Notes: generated by a model not told the origin, from the letters alone. A stretch of 28,862 nt of DNA from an uncultured Candidatus Peribacteria bacterium (GCA_964457395.1 CAYWEU010000087.1:1-28862), one strand, 5' to 3'. Shown: positions 18,268 to 27,587, numbered from the stretch's first letter. Translations and numbers: made by a program.

Positions 18268-20493
18268 ATGGCCAGCAAACGCAGGAAAAACAAGCGACGG
18301 AAGGCAGCCAGTCACCTGGCCTTAAAGGAGCACACGTGGCGACAGGTCAAAGCGGCAGTCTCGATGGGTCTGGGGCTCGTGTTGATGCTCGCTCTGGGCG
18401 GAAACGCAGGGCCGGTCGGCAACGGCATCATCACTGTGCTGACGTTCTTCTTTGGGGCGTGGAGCATTTTGTTCCCGATCTTCTTACTGCTGCTCGGGGC
18501 ATTTTTGTTCATGGCGCGCACGCACAAGACCGAGCTCAAGCGGACATACGGACTGCTATTGTGCCTATTCGCGTTCCTCGGCATCGTACACTTGCGAGCG
18601 CCACTCATGGACATCGCCGATCAACGCGACTCGCTTGGAGGTGCCGTGGGCTTTATGGTCGCTTTTCCGTTCGCCACGTTTTTGAGCGCGCAAGTCGGTT
18701 ATGTCATCTTGAGCACTGCGATGCTCGTCGGGCTGTTCATCACCTTCGAGCCGGATGTGCTGGGTCTTATCGCACGCGTCAAAGAACTCACCGAACCTTC
18801 GAAAAAGCGCAAAGAAGAAGACGAAGATGATGAATCTTTGACCGAGGCAGTCGCATCGGAGTTCGTGAAGAAAGTCCTGTCGGGCAAAGATCTGGTCGAG
18901 CAGGACGAGAAGCACACAGACATCAACATCGTTCGCCCCGCATTTGTCGATCACAACAATGACGAACAAAAGGCCAGGAGTGAGAGATTCAAGACCGCAG
19001 CTGCGGCCAAAAACGCCGATTTGCTGCAGATGAACGACACGAGGTTCGAAGAATGGAAATTTCCAGAGCTCGACTTGCTCGACTTCAAACACAGCGAACT
19101 GAAAGTCAAAGACGAAGAACTCAAGCTCCAGGCCGCGCGCATCAAAGAAAAGCTGAAAGAATTCGACATCGATGTGACGATGAAAGACGCGCACCCCGGG
19201 CCAACCGTCACGCAGTTCACGCTGCAACCGGCGGAGGGAATAAAATTGAGCAAGATCGAGAGCCTGAAAGACGACTTGGCACTGGCATTGGCCGCGCAAA
19301 GCCTGCGCATCGAGGCGCCCATCCCCGGCAAGTCGCTCGTCGGCATCGAGATGCCAAACGAGAAGCGTTCCACTGTGTATTTGCGCGAGTTGCTGGAGTC
19401 GAGCGTGTTTCGCCAGTCGGACTCGCCGCTGACTATTCCGCTCGGACGCGGAGTATCCGGAGAGTCATTCGTTGCGACTATAGAAGACATGCCGCACTTG
19501 CTCATCGCCGGAGCGACAGGTGCTGGAAAATCCGTCTCGATGAACGCGCTGCTGATCTCGCTGTTGTACCAGAACGCGCCGCATGAGCTGAAGTTCATCT
19601 TAGTCGACCCCAAGCGCGTCGAGCTGATGCCCTATAACGGCATCCCACACTTGCTGACGCCGGTCATCACCGAGTCAGAGAAAGCATTGCAAGCGCTACG
19701 CTGGGCACTGGCGGAAATGGGACGACGGCTCCACAGATTCTCCGAAACCGGTGTGCGCAACCTGGCCGAGTACAACGCCAAACAAGATAACGAAGAGAAA
19801 ATGCTCCCACGCATCGTCATTGTCATCGACGAGCTGGCGGACTTGATGATGCGCCAACACCGCAAAGATACAGAAACGATGATCGCGCGCATCGCGCAGA
19901 TGGCACGCGCCGTCGGCATGCACCTGATTATCGCCACACAGCGCCCGAGCGTGGACGTCATCACAGGCCTTATCAAGGCCAATATCCCCACACGCATCGC
20001 GTTCCGTGTGGTCAGTGCGGTCGACTCGCGGACGATCTTGGACGGCATAGGGGCAGAGGACCTGCTCGGCAAAGGCGACATGCTCTACATGACCGCATCG
20101 ACACCCAACCCCGTGCGCATCCAGGGCATTTATATCTCGACCAAAGAAATCGAGCGCGTGATCAACGCCGTGAAAGTCGCAGGCGGAGGCATGTTGACCG
20201 AAGAGATTACTCTCGGCGAAGGCAACGAACCGGGGGCTCCCGGAGGCATGCCGATGATCGACTTGGATGCCGACGATAACGGTGGCGACGATTTTTTCTT
20301 CGACGCAGTGCGCATTGTGCAAGAAACAGGCAGAGCGTCGGCGAGCTTGTTGCAGCGTCAGCTGAAAGTCGGCTATGCCAGGGCAGCGCGACTGCTCGAC
20401 ATCATGGAAGAGAAGGGCATCATCGGACCGTCGGACGGAGCAAAGGCGCGGAAGGTGTATATCGAAAAAATGGCTTCAGAGTCGGCTGTGTAA
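18268..20493 (+). CDS. ftsK: DNA translocase FtsK/SpoIIIE
   Basis: N-terminal TM region, LRIEAPIPGKSLVGIE, LLIAGATGAGKS, VIDELADLM, ATQRPSVDVITG and gamma domain LLQRQLKVGYARAARL. Start at ATG 18268, 7 nt after TACAAT. Confidence 0.96.
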   Translation: MASKRRKNKRRKAASHLALKEHTWRQVKAAVSMGLGLVLMLALGGNAGPVGNGIITVLTFFFGAWSILFPIFLLLLGAFLFMARTHKTELKRTYGLLLCLFAFLGIVHLRAPLMDIADQRDSLGGAVGFMVAFPFATFLSAQVGYVILSTAMLVGLFITFEPDVLGLIARVKELTEPSKKRKEEDEDDESLTEAVASEFVKKVLSGKDLVEQDEKHTDINIVRPAFVDHNNDEQKARSERFKTAAAAKNADLLQMNDTRFEEWKFPELDLLDFKHSELKVKDEELKLQAARIKEKLKEFDIDVTMKDAHPGPTVTQFTLQPAEGIKLSKIESLKDDLALALAAQSLRIEAPIPGKSLVGIEMPNEKRSTVYLRELLESSVFRQSDSPLTIPLGRGVSGESFVATIEDMPHLLIAGATGAGKSVSMNALLISLLYQNAPHELKFILVDPKRVELMPYNGIPHLLTPVITESEKALQALRWALAEMGRRLHRFSETGVRNLAEYNAKQDNEEKMLPRIVIVIDELADLMMRQHRKDTETMIARIAQMARAVGMHLIIATQRPSVDVITGLIKANIPTRIAFRVVSAVDSRTILDGIGAEDLLGKGDMLYMTASTPNPVRIQGIYISTKEIERVINAVKVAGGGMLTEEITLGEGNEPGAPGGMPMIDLDADDNGGDDFFFDAVRIVQETGRASASLLQRQLKVGYARAARLLDIMEEKGIIGPSDGAKARKVYIEKMASESAV

Positions 20494-20513
20494 CAATCGG
20501 CTATCGTTCGCTT

Positions 20514-21110
20514 ATGCAGCTTCTGCTTGCAACAACCAACCCCGGCAAGGTTACAGAAATTCGTGAAGCGCTGACAGGTGTAGCCGTCGACACGCTGGCA
20601 CTGCAAGAATTATCGTCGATTCCGGATGCGCCCCATGAATCAGGAGAAACATTCGCCGAGAACGCGGCACTGAAAGCCTTGTATTACTTCAAAACGACAG
20701 GCTTGCCTTCGCTTGCGGATGACTCTGGGATCATCGTCGAAGCGCTGCAAGACGAACTTGGCATCCATACTCGACGTTGGGGCGCCGGGCCGCAGGCGAC
20801 TGACCAGCAGTGGATCGAATATTTCTTGAAACGCATGCGCGGTGAAAAAAACAAACGCGCACGGTTCGTCTGCTCGCTTGCATACATTGACCCACGCGGA
20901 CAAGCGCATACATTCGAGGGCATATGCGAAGGGATGATTACCGATGAATTGGAGGCTGAGTATCTCCCCGGCTTACCATTGTCGGCTTGTTTTAAGCCCG
21001 ATGGTTACAAACGTGTATTCTCAGGGCTCTCTCTTGAACAAAAAAATAGTACAAGCCACAGGGGAAGGGCGCTGGAACACTTCAGGTCATTTCTTTGTAG
21101 CGAAAAGTAA
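20514..21110 (+). CDS. rdgB: Non-canonical purine NTP pyrophosphatase (RdgB/HAM1 family)
   Basis: Contains ATTNPGKVTE, ETFAENAALKA, ADDSGI and KNSTSHRGRAL. TATCGT lies 6 nt upstream of the ATG. Confidence 0.93.
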   Translation: MQLLLATTNPGKVTEIREALTGVAVDTLALQELSSIPDAPHESGETFAENAALKALYYFKTTGLPSLADDSGIIVEALQDELGIHTRRWGAGPQATDQQWIEYFLKRMRGEKNKRARFVCSLAYIDPRGQAHTFEGICEGMITDELEAEYLPGLPLSACFKPDGYKRVFSGLSLEQKNSTSHRGRALEHFRSFLCSEK

Positions 21111-21128
21111 ATGGTCAGGATGATGGAC

Positions 21129-21950
21129 TCAGTCTTTCTCAGAGTCCCAATCGTCGTCATATTCATCATCACCGTCTTCTTCAAGTCCCAGACGATCGTC
21201 GTCACAAAGTTCCGAATCTTCGTCATCCTCATCTGATTCCAGGTCGTCCAGGAAGGAAGGCATGGGAGGTTTGACTTTGGGTGATGCCGAATCTTCTTCT
21301 TTGTCGGAAGATTCTTGAAGGTTCTTGAGGGCAGCTCTCAGATCATCGTCGATGGATAACCGGGTAGTATATTTGCGGAGCTCACACAAAAGTTCTGCAT
21401 GGAACATGCTGCCGCTTTGCACGTGTTGCTCCAGAGTATCCTGAAACTTCCCAAGGGCTTGGTCGTACTGATGAGGAAACTTCTGTCGTGCATGCAGCAA
21501 ACTATTCTTGAGCGAATTCTCAAATGTGCGAACACCCGTTCGGACAACAGCAAAGCTGAAAAAGCTGATGAAACTTTTGGTAGGCAAGGTTTTCTCACCT
21601 CTCCATATATCATTCATTTCCCACCCGGTAATGCCCACAACAGTGCAAAGAAAAAGATCGCGAAATGCACGACGAATCCACTGCACACTCGAAAAAGTCA
21701 CCGATGCCCTCAGCGTATCTTGGATATCCTTCTCGATCTTGGAATTATCCGGTTTGTTGCGGGGAGCTTTGCTCATAAAGGACGGCAGACTAGCAAATGG
21801 ATTTCGTTCTGTCACGTATTTTGCAGCAACGTCTGATGCAGAGCTTCCTCCCCCATGTGAGATGCTTGGTGCATGCAGCGCGTGCTTAGAAAAGACGACG
21901 TGCGAAAAGAAGCTGTCGATCCTCCGCGGTAAACTGGAGCGATGGTTCAA
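21129..21950 (-). CDS. Hypothetical protein with strongly acidic C-terminal tail (start uncertain)
   Basis: 273-aa open frame filling the gap between rdgB and the helicase; D/E-rich last 45 or so aa; visibly AT-richer than neighbouring core genes. Confidence 0.6.
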   Translation of the reverse strand: MNHRSSLPRRIDSFFSHVVFSKHALHAPSISHGGGSSASDVAAKYVTERNPFASLPSFMSKAPRNKPDNSKIEKDIQDTLRASVTFSSVQWIRRAFRDLFLCTVVGITGWEMNDIWRGEKTLPTKSFISFFSFAVVRTGVRTFENSLKNSLLHARQKFPHQYDQALGKFQDTLEQHVQSGSMFHAELLCELRKYTTRLSIDDDLRAALKNLQESSDKEEDSASPKVKPPMPSFLDDLESDEDDEDSELCDDDRLGLEEDGDDEYDDDWDSEKD

Positions 21951-22008
21951 CGCCGAGGTAGGTCTGCATCTATTGGAGTGAATGCCGTTCCGGCAAGCAA
22001 AAAATTAA

Positions 22009-25000
22009 TCAAGCCTGTTCTTGGTCTTGCAGTTGCGAGAAATCCAGATTTTTCACCTTCGTCCATACTGCTGTAATCAGCTTCCGCAGATCACTTTTCT
22101 CGGCCATCGTGACTGAAAATTCGCGACGGATGGGTTCCTCGCCACGCTCGCCGATGAAGTCGAGCGCGAAGACCTGGGGTACCAGCAGCGGATCGGAGAG
22201 TTCGAGGAGCAAAGCATAGAACACCAGCTGGCGGAAGAGCTCTCCCTCGCCCGTGCGCGAGATTTTGCCCGGCTCCAGTCCGCCGCGGATCTCGGATTCG
22301 GCCTTGGGCCGACCGGTCTTGTAATCGATGACGATGGCATCGGCAGAGGTTTCGGAAAATCGGTCTATGCGGTCGATCTTGCCCTTGATGGCGTCGTCGC
22401 CAAGTTCGCTGCGATAGTCGCGCTCCACCGCATGCAGAACAGGCGTCTCACTCTCCAGCCGCTCGGCGAAGTAGGCCGGCAACGCAACCTCTGCTTGGGA
22501 TAAGAGGCGGCTGCGCTGGACGTCGGTCAATGCATTGCGCTCGGTGAGATTCCACTGAAAGGCACGCAGGAAATCCTGTAGCGAAAACTCGGTCCCCTTT
22601 TGCTGGGCGACCGCCCATTCCTTCAGCGCCCAGTGCACTGCGGTGCCGTACCCCATCGACAGAATTTTCTTCTCATCGTACGCCTCGGGCTGGCCGAGGA
22701 GGTCGACGCGCCGAAACTCCAGCGGATCGCGCAGAAAGCGTGTCAGCGACGTCGGCGACAGCGCGAAGGTCTTTATCCGCTCAGTCAAATACGCACGCAG
22801 CTCTGCGTCCATTTCTCGCGTTGGCTGGAGGAGCAGGAGCGATGCCTCACTGGGATTCTTCAGCACACCGTCACGCTCGGCAAGCGGACCAGCTTCGGCG
22901 AAGAAGGCCGACGGGGAAACCATTCTGCTTCGCTCGCCGACGGCGAATTCACGCGGACAAACAAAGAGGAGCTCACGCTTGGCGCGGGTCATGGCCACGT
23001 ACGTCACGCGCCGTTCATCTTGGTGCTTCTCGAAACTCTTCTGATCCTTCTGCCATCCGAAGAGCAAATCCTCAGGGATCGACAGCATCGAGGGATTGCG
23101 GCGGCGATCCCAGTGACCATCGCGAAAACTGCTGAGGATGACGGTATGGAACTCGAGACCCTTGCTCTGGTGCGCGGTGATGAGCCGAACGCCGGCGCTG
23201 ACCAGATGCGGCAACCGGTACGTGACACGCACTTGTGAGAACTGGGGATCTGCATAGAGCGCAAGATCGGCGATGAACTCGGCAAGCGACAGCGAGGGAT
23301 GGTCGAGGCAGCGCTGCTTGGCGAAGTTGAAGAACGCTTCGATGGCGGCGAGGTCGAGGGGATCGAGAGACAAGCGGGTAGCGGATAGCGAATAGCGGTT
23401 AACATCTTTGCTACTCGCTACCCGCTTATCGCTTACCGCTTGCGTAAGTCCGCACTCTCGCAACACATGCTCGACCGTTTCGAGCACCGTCCGGATCTGC
23501 TGCTTTTGAGCCAAGTCCAACAGCGTGTCGCGGGCGCGGATGAGCGACAGAGAGTCGGTCAGCGGCAAGCTCAGTGTCTCCAGCTCGAGGAGCGTGTCGT
23601 GGGAGCTGCGTTCCCGCTCGCGTGCGCTCGCCACAACGCGCGCGATGTCCGCAGGGTGACAGCCGAAGCAGTCGCAGGCGAGGGCTGGCAGCAGAGCACT
23701 CGACGTTGTCATGCGAACAAGGCTCCTAAGGATCGTTACCGCCTGCGAAACAATCGGATGCGTGAGCAGGTCAGACTTGCCCTCCAGGATGACCGGAATG
23801 TTTCGTGCGCGCAGAACATCGTAGAGTGGAAAGAGCTCCGCGTTGGTCTGGACCAACACGGCAAGTTCCTCAGGTGCAATGCCAGACTTCAGTCGTTCCT
23901 CGACAAGATCCGCAATCAACCACGACTCAGCGGCATCGGAGACGGCGCGCAGCAACACGGGCTCCGTGCCCTTCTCCTTCGTCGCGGCGATCAAGTCTTT
24001 TGTCAGCCCCGAGATGCGACCCACAAGTCGCTCTTCGTTATGGGCAATCAATCGTCCGGCGGCATCCAGGATGGACTGCGTCGAACGGTAGTTCGTTGTC
24101 AGAGCGATGACAGGAGCCTGCGGAAAGCGCGCATGGAAGTCGAGCATGTGTTCCAGATTCGCACCCTGAAAACGGTAAATGGCTTGATCGTCGTCTCCCA
24201 CCAGCAAAAAGTTCGGATCGTTCGGCACCGCATCGTAGGTGGTGAGCCGCTCGATCACCCGCCACTGCGCGCCGTTTAAATCCTGTGCCTCATCGACCAG
24301 GATGTACTGGTAGCGCTCTTGCATTGACAGTAGCATCCATTCCTCTTCGGCCAGCGCCTGCAGGACGACCAGAATCATATCGTCGTAGTCGTAGGCCCCG
24401 CGCGCGGTAAGCGCCTGGGCGTACTGATCGAAGATATCGACCAACTCGCGGAACTTGCGCGCGGCGAGGAGATTTTTCTCGTGCTGCTTGGTGCCTTTGC
24501 GACTCTTGCCTGCCATCACCTTCTCATACTCGTCAGCGACACGCCGCAAGTCGGCAAGCGTTTTTCCTTCGCGCTTGCAATCACTGATCCTCGACAAGAT
24601 GTCGGGGATCCGCCCGTAGGGATCCTTGGGATTGATCAACGCGCCGGGCGACACAGCATCGATCACGCCCTGGAGCAACTGGTAACGCTGGACATCGGAG
24701 AGCTGCTGCCGGGCCGCCCAGTCCGAGAACGCCACCGGGTGACGATCGATGATGGAGGCGCAGAATCCGTGGATAGTGCTGATGGTCACGCCGTACGCAT
24801 CGGCGCCGATGTACGCGCGCAGCCGCTCGCGCATGGCAGTCGCTCCGCTCACCGAGAACGTCAGGCACAGGATGTTGCCCGGCCGGATCTGCGTTTTGCG
24901 CAGAATATTTGCAACACGCATGGCAACGACCTGCGTTTTGCCTGTCCCCGGGCCTGCGACGACCATGACAGGGCCTTCGATGGCCTCCACGGCAGTGCGC

Positions 25001-25044
25001 TGAGCGGCGTTGAGCAATTGCCATTGTTTCTCAAAATCGGGCAT
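22009..25044 (-). CDS. SF1A (UvrD/PcrA-type) helicase fused to C-terminal PD-(D/E)xK RecB-like nuclease
   Basis: Helicase motifs AGPGTGKT, VDEAQD, VGDDDQAIYRFQGA, TNYRS, TAHQSKGLEF and ERRVTYVAMTRAK; nuclease motifs GKIDRID...IDYKTG...QLVFY. Start at ATG 25044, 6 nt after TACAAT. Confidence 0.93.
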   Translation of the reverse strand: MPDFEKQWQLLNAAQRTAVEAIEGPVMVVAGPGTGKTQVVAMRVANILRKTQIRPGNILCLTFSVSGATAMRERLRAYIGADAYGVTISTIHGFCASIIDRHPVAFSDWAARQQLSDVQRYQLLQGVIDAVSPGALINPKDPYGRIPDILSRISDCKREGKTLADLRRVADEYEKVMAGKSRKGTKQHEKNLLAARKFRELVDIFDQYAQALTARGAYDYDDMILVVLQALAEEEWMLLSMQERYQYILVDEAQDLNGAQWRVIERLTTYDAVPNDPNFLLVGDDDQAIYRFQGANLEHMLDFHARFPQAPVIALTTNYRSTQSILDAAGRLIAHNEERLVGRISGLTKDLIAATKEKGTEPVLLRAVSDAAESWLIADLVEERLKSGIAPEELAVLVQTNAELFPLYDVLRARNIPVILEGKSDLLTHPIVSQAVTILRSLVRMTTSSALLPALACDCFGCHPADIARVVASARERERSSHDTLLELETLSLPLTDSLSLIRARDTLLDLAQKQQIRTVLETVEHVLRECGLTQAVSDKRVASSKDVNRYSLSATRLSLDPLDLAAIEAFFNFAKQRCLDHPSLSLAEFIADLALYADPQFSQVRVTYRLPHLVSAGVRLITAHQSKGLEFHTVILSSFRDGHWDRRRNPSMLSIPEDLLFGWQKDQKSFEKHQDERRVTYVAMTRAKRELLFVCPREFAVGERSRMVSPSAFFAEAGPLAERDGVLKNPSEASLLLLQPTREMDAELRAYLTERIKTFALSPTSLTRFLRDPLEFRRVDLLGQPEAYDEKKILSMGYGTAVHWALKEWAVAQQKGTEFSLQDFLRAFQWNLTERNALTDVQRSRLLSQAEVALPAYFAERLESETPVLHAVERDYRSELGDDAIKGKIDRIDRFSETSADAIVIDYKTGRPKAESEIRGGLEPGKISRTGEGELFRQLVFYALLLELSDPLLVPQVFALDFIGERGEEPIRREFSVTMAEKSDLRKLITAVWTKVKNLDFSQLQDQEQA
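23372..23440. repeat. Inverted heptamer-periodic element (AGCGGAT type) lying in frame inside the helicase CDS
   Basis: AGCGGGT AGCGGAT AGCGAAT AGCGGTT, spacer, GCTACTC GCTACCC GCTTATC GCTTACC. 23372-23389 matches the reverse complement of 23410-23427 at 16/18 positions. Confidence 0.85.
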
Positions 25045-25081
25045 AGAGGGATTGTACACTGAAAGAATCGGAATTTTTAAT

Positions 25082-25945
25082 TTACAACTTCTGCATGTAT
25101 CCTGTCCCCATCTTCGCCAAGAAGATCATCGAAAACGCGATGACGAGCTGGCTCATCAGCAGCCAGAAGAACAATGCGAGCTTGAACGAAAACAGCCCTA
25201 TCGCCATGGCCACGAGTGTGCTGACCCAGACGAACGCAAGCGCCATCAGTCCAAACGAAAACAAGGTACCGACGATGCGCAGCCATGCTCCGCGCGTGTA
25301 AGTGTGGCTGAGTGTTACGCTGCGAAAAACGCCTTTGCCGTTTTTGAGGAAGATCACGGGCGCAAACAGAAACCGAGGCAGGAAGTACGCACCCGTAACA
25401 AAACCGACGAACGGAATCCACACGAACGCCCGGACAAGCGACCACAGCCAGATGGCGGATATCGGCACGATGACGCTTACGACACGAAGAGCCATTTCGT
25501 ACGCAGACGCCTGGCCCTGGACGGCTAATACGAGAAAGAAAATGCTCGCAACGAAGACAATCGTCATGCTCGCGAGAGTCGATGCGAAGAATATCGGACC
25601 CGAAAGAAGAACATACCGACTGACAGCCTGCTCTCGCCTGGATTGCTTTTGATCGGGGTTCGCCTGTCCCTGCGCGTCATGTTGCTGGATGGTTTGTACT
25701 GTTTTCGCAATCTCGTCGAAAGATTTCCCGGCAAATTGAGTTTCCACTTCGCTATCGAGTTCCTCTCTGGTCATGCCTGCATCTGTTGCGATGGCAGTGG
25801 CGCGGCTTTCCATCTGACGTGCAAAGAACGCTTGCGATGCGGCGATGAGCAACGAAAATACAACAGCGGCGACGGCGATGACTTTTGCTTTCTCAACGAA
25901 CAATCGCCAACTTTCCAGCAGCAGATGACTTAAGGTCTTGGGCAT
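25082..25945 (-). CDS. Hypothetical multi-pass membrane protein
   Basis: 287 aa with about 5-6 TM helices and one soluble loop; begins 21 nt after the rpoD stop, so it is probably co-transcribed. Confidence 0.8.
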   Translation of the reverse strand: MPKTLSHLLLESWRLFVEKAKVIAVAAVVFSLLIAASQAFFARQMESRATAIATDAGMTREELDSEVETQFAGKSFDEIAKTVQTIQQHDAQGQANPDQKQSRREQAVSRYVLLSGPIFFASTLASMTIVFVASIFFLVLAVQGQASAYEMALRVVSVIVPISAIWLWSLVRAFVWIPFVGFVTGAYFLPRFLFAPVIFLKNGKGVFRSVTLSHTYTRGAWLRIVGTLFSFGLMALAFVWVSTLVAMAIGLFSFKLALFFWLLMSQLVIAFSMIFLAKMGTGYMQKL

Positions 25946-25966
25946 GACAGTCAGGCAAAAAGAAGG

Positions 25967-27376
25967 TTACGCGTTCCTGTTTTCGTCCATAGTGTACGCG
26001 CAACGATCACACTTGCGAAAGGTTTTTCCGGCTTGATGAATTTCGACCAGCGTACCCTTGCGGCACTCCGGGCACAGGTTGCCTGTCATGAAGTTCGGCA
26101 TGGCGAAGCCGCTGCCTTTCCCGGCGCCGTACTCGCGGATGCATGCGGAACGCGGATGATCGCGCAGCTTCTGCAGAACCTTGGCCTCGATCTGACGGAT
26201 GCGTTCGCGGGTCACACTGAACTCTTTGCCGACTTCCTCCAGCGTGTGGCCAATGCCATCTTTCAGCCCAAAACGCATTTCGATGATCTTGCGTTCTCTG
26301 GGTGTCAAATACTCGAGCATCGCATGCACGTTCTCTTTGCGCAGCTGGCGGTTGGTGGCATCGAAAGGATTCACTGCTTCTTCGTCCTCGATAAAGTCTC
26401 CCAGCTTGCTGTCTTCCTCGGACCCCACGGGAGCTTCGAGCGAAATGATATCCTGAGAAATTTTTTGAATGTGGCGCACCTTCTTGATGTCCATCTCCAT
26501 TTCGACTGCCAGCTCCTCGACCGTTGGCTCGCGTCCTAGTTCTTGTACCAGCCGACGCTGTGTGTGGGTGAGCTTGTTAATGGTCTCGACCATGTGCACA
26601 GGGATACGGATGGTGCGCGCCTGGTCGGCGATAGCGCGCGTGATGGCCTGACGGATCCACCACGTGGCGTACGTGGAGAACTTGAACCCGCGCTCTGGGT
26701 CGAACTTCTCGACGGCACGGAAGAGACCGATGTTGCCTTCTTGAATCAAATCCAAAAACGATAATCCTCTGCCAATATATTTTTTTGCGATGGAGACAAC
26801 CAGACGCAGGTTGGCCTCGGCAAGCTGCTGCTTGGCACTCGAGTCGCCTTTGCGGATGCGCCGAGCCAACTCGACTTCTTTGCGCGCGTCGATGAGCGGA
26901 ACACGACCGATTTCGGACAGATACATGCGTACCGAGTCGTTGCTGATCTCGAGCAAATCCACTTCGCGCTCCTTGCGCCGCTTCTTGTCGGCCTCAGTTG
27001 TCTGCTTCTCGTCTTTTAAGCGAATACCCGCCGTCGCAACGACTTCGAGCGATTCATCGTCGCTATCTGCCGCAGTGATGGCCCCAGTGCCGGAATCTTC
27101 TTCCGGCGACTGTGTGCTCTTGCCGCTGGATTTCCGCTGCCAAATGAGCGTGTCTTTGACATCGATAACGTCAACGCCAAGGTCGACAAAGAGCGTGTAG
27201 ACATCGTCGAGCAAGTCGATATTTTCCTCGGCATTCGGCACAGCCTGCAAGATTTCCTGATGCGTGACATAGCGCTGTTCACGCCCCTTTTTTACAAGGT
27301 GCTTGATCGCTTCGGGGAACGCCTTCAAGTCAGCGTCCGTTGGCTGATGGATGAAACTACGTGGATGTGAAGCCAT
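25967..27376 (-). CDS. rpoD: Primary RNA polymerase sigma factor RpoD/SigA with C-terminal Cys4 extension
   Basis: Region 1.1; region 1.2 [11 protein letters not shown]; region 2 [12 protein letters not shown]...[10 protein letters not shown]...[30 protein letters not shown]; region 4 [24 protein letters not shown]. Start at MASHP (27376), downstream of TATACT 27399-27394. Confidence 0.97.
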   Translation of the reverse strand: MASHPRSFIHQPTDADLKAFPEAIKHLVKKGREQRYVTHQEILQAVPNAEENIDLLDDVYTLFVDLGVDVIDVKDTLIWQRKSSGKSTQSPEEDSGTGAITAADSDDESLEVVATAGIRLKDEKQTTEADKKRRKEREVDLLEISNDSVRMYLSEIGRVPLIDARKEVELARRIRKGDSSAKQQLAEANLRLVVSIAKKYIGRGLSFLDLIQEGNIGLFRAVEKFDPERGFKFSTYATWWIRQAITRAIADQARTIRIPVHMVETINKLTHTQRRLVQELGREPTVEELAVEMEMDIKKVRHIQKISQDIISLEAPVGSEEDSKLGDFIEDEEAVNPFDATNRQLRKENVHAMLEYLTPRERKIIEMRFGLKDGIGHTLEEVGKEFSVTRERIRQIEAKVLQKLRDHPRSACIREYGAGKGSGFAMPNFMTGNLCPECRKGTLVEIHQAGKTFRKCDRCAYTMDENRNA

Positions 27377-27545
27377 GTGAAGAGCGAAAAGAGAGTATAC
27401 GCAGTCCATGCCAAATACAAGCGATGTTGAGGAAGTCGGGAAGGAGCGCATTCATTTTGAGTGCAGCCTTCCCTGCGGCCGTCTTGGCACCGCCCTTCTT
27501 TCCACTCTCTCGATTGGCCGTAAGTTGCGCATCGGAAACTGCAAT
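27357..27545 (-). pseudogene. Probable remnant of a small basic 'QxxANRxN...GxKTxxGK...NALxHGL'-type gene
   Basis: Not in the ORF track (no ATG; first codon ATT). Reads (I)[47 protein letters not shown]..., then runs over the rpoD promoter and start. Confidence 0.5.
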
Positions 27546-27587
27546 AGACGAAGTTGCCCGCCTCCGCTCTTGCGATGAACGTAGGAC

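Noticed and set aside
18268-20493. KOPS-like polarity signals or replication-terminus location inferred from ftsK
   Set aside because: The motif for this lineage is unknown and the window is too short to judge strand skew by eye.
21886-21969. Short frame MQTYLGVEPSLQFTAEDRQLLFARRLF* as the frameshifted true N-terminus of the 21129 ORF
   Set aside because: It is possible through a T4 run, but there is no promoter or homology support visible, so it is too speculative.
22009-22500. Nuclease domain as Cas4 or a defence system
   Set aside because: It is fused to a UvrD-type motor, lacks the Cas4 Fe-S cysteines, and has no CRISPR or defence neighbours.
3669-27451. ORF-track starts at 3669, 16005, 17395, 18142, 25059 and 27451
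   Set aside because: These extensions run through promoters or repeat arrays. Downstream ATGs (3744, 16086, 17317, 18268, 25044, 27376) follow -10-like boxes and mostly coincide with the start of protein-like sequence.
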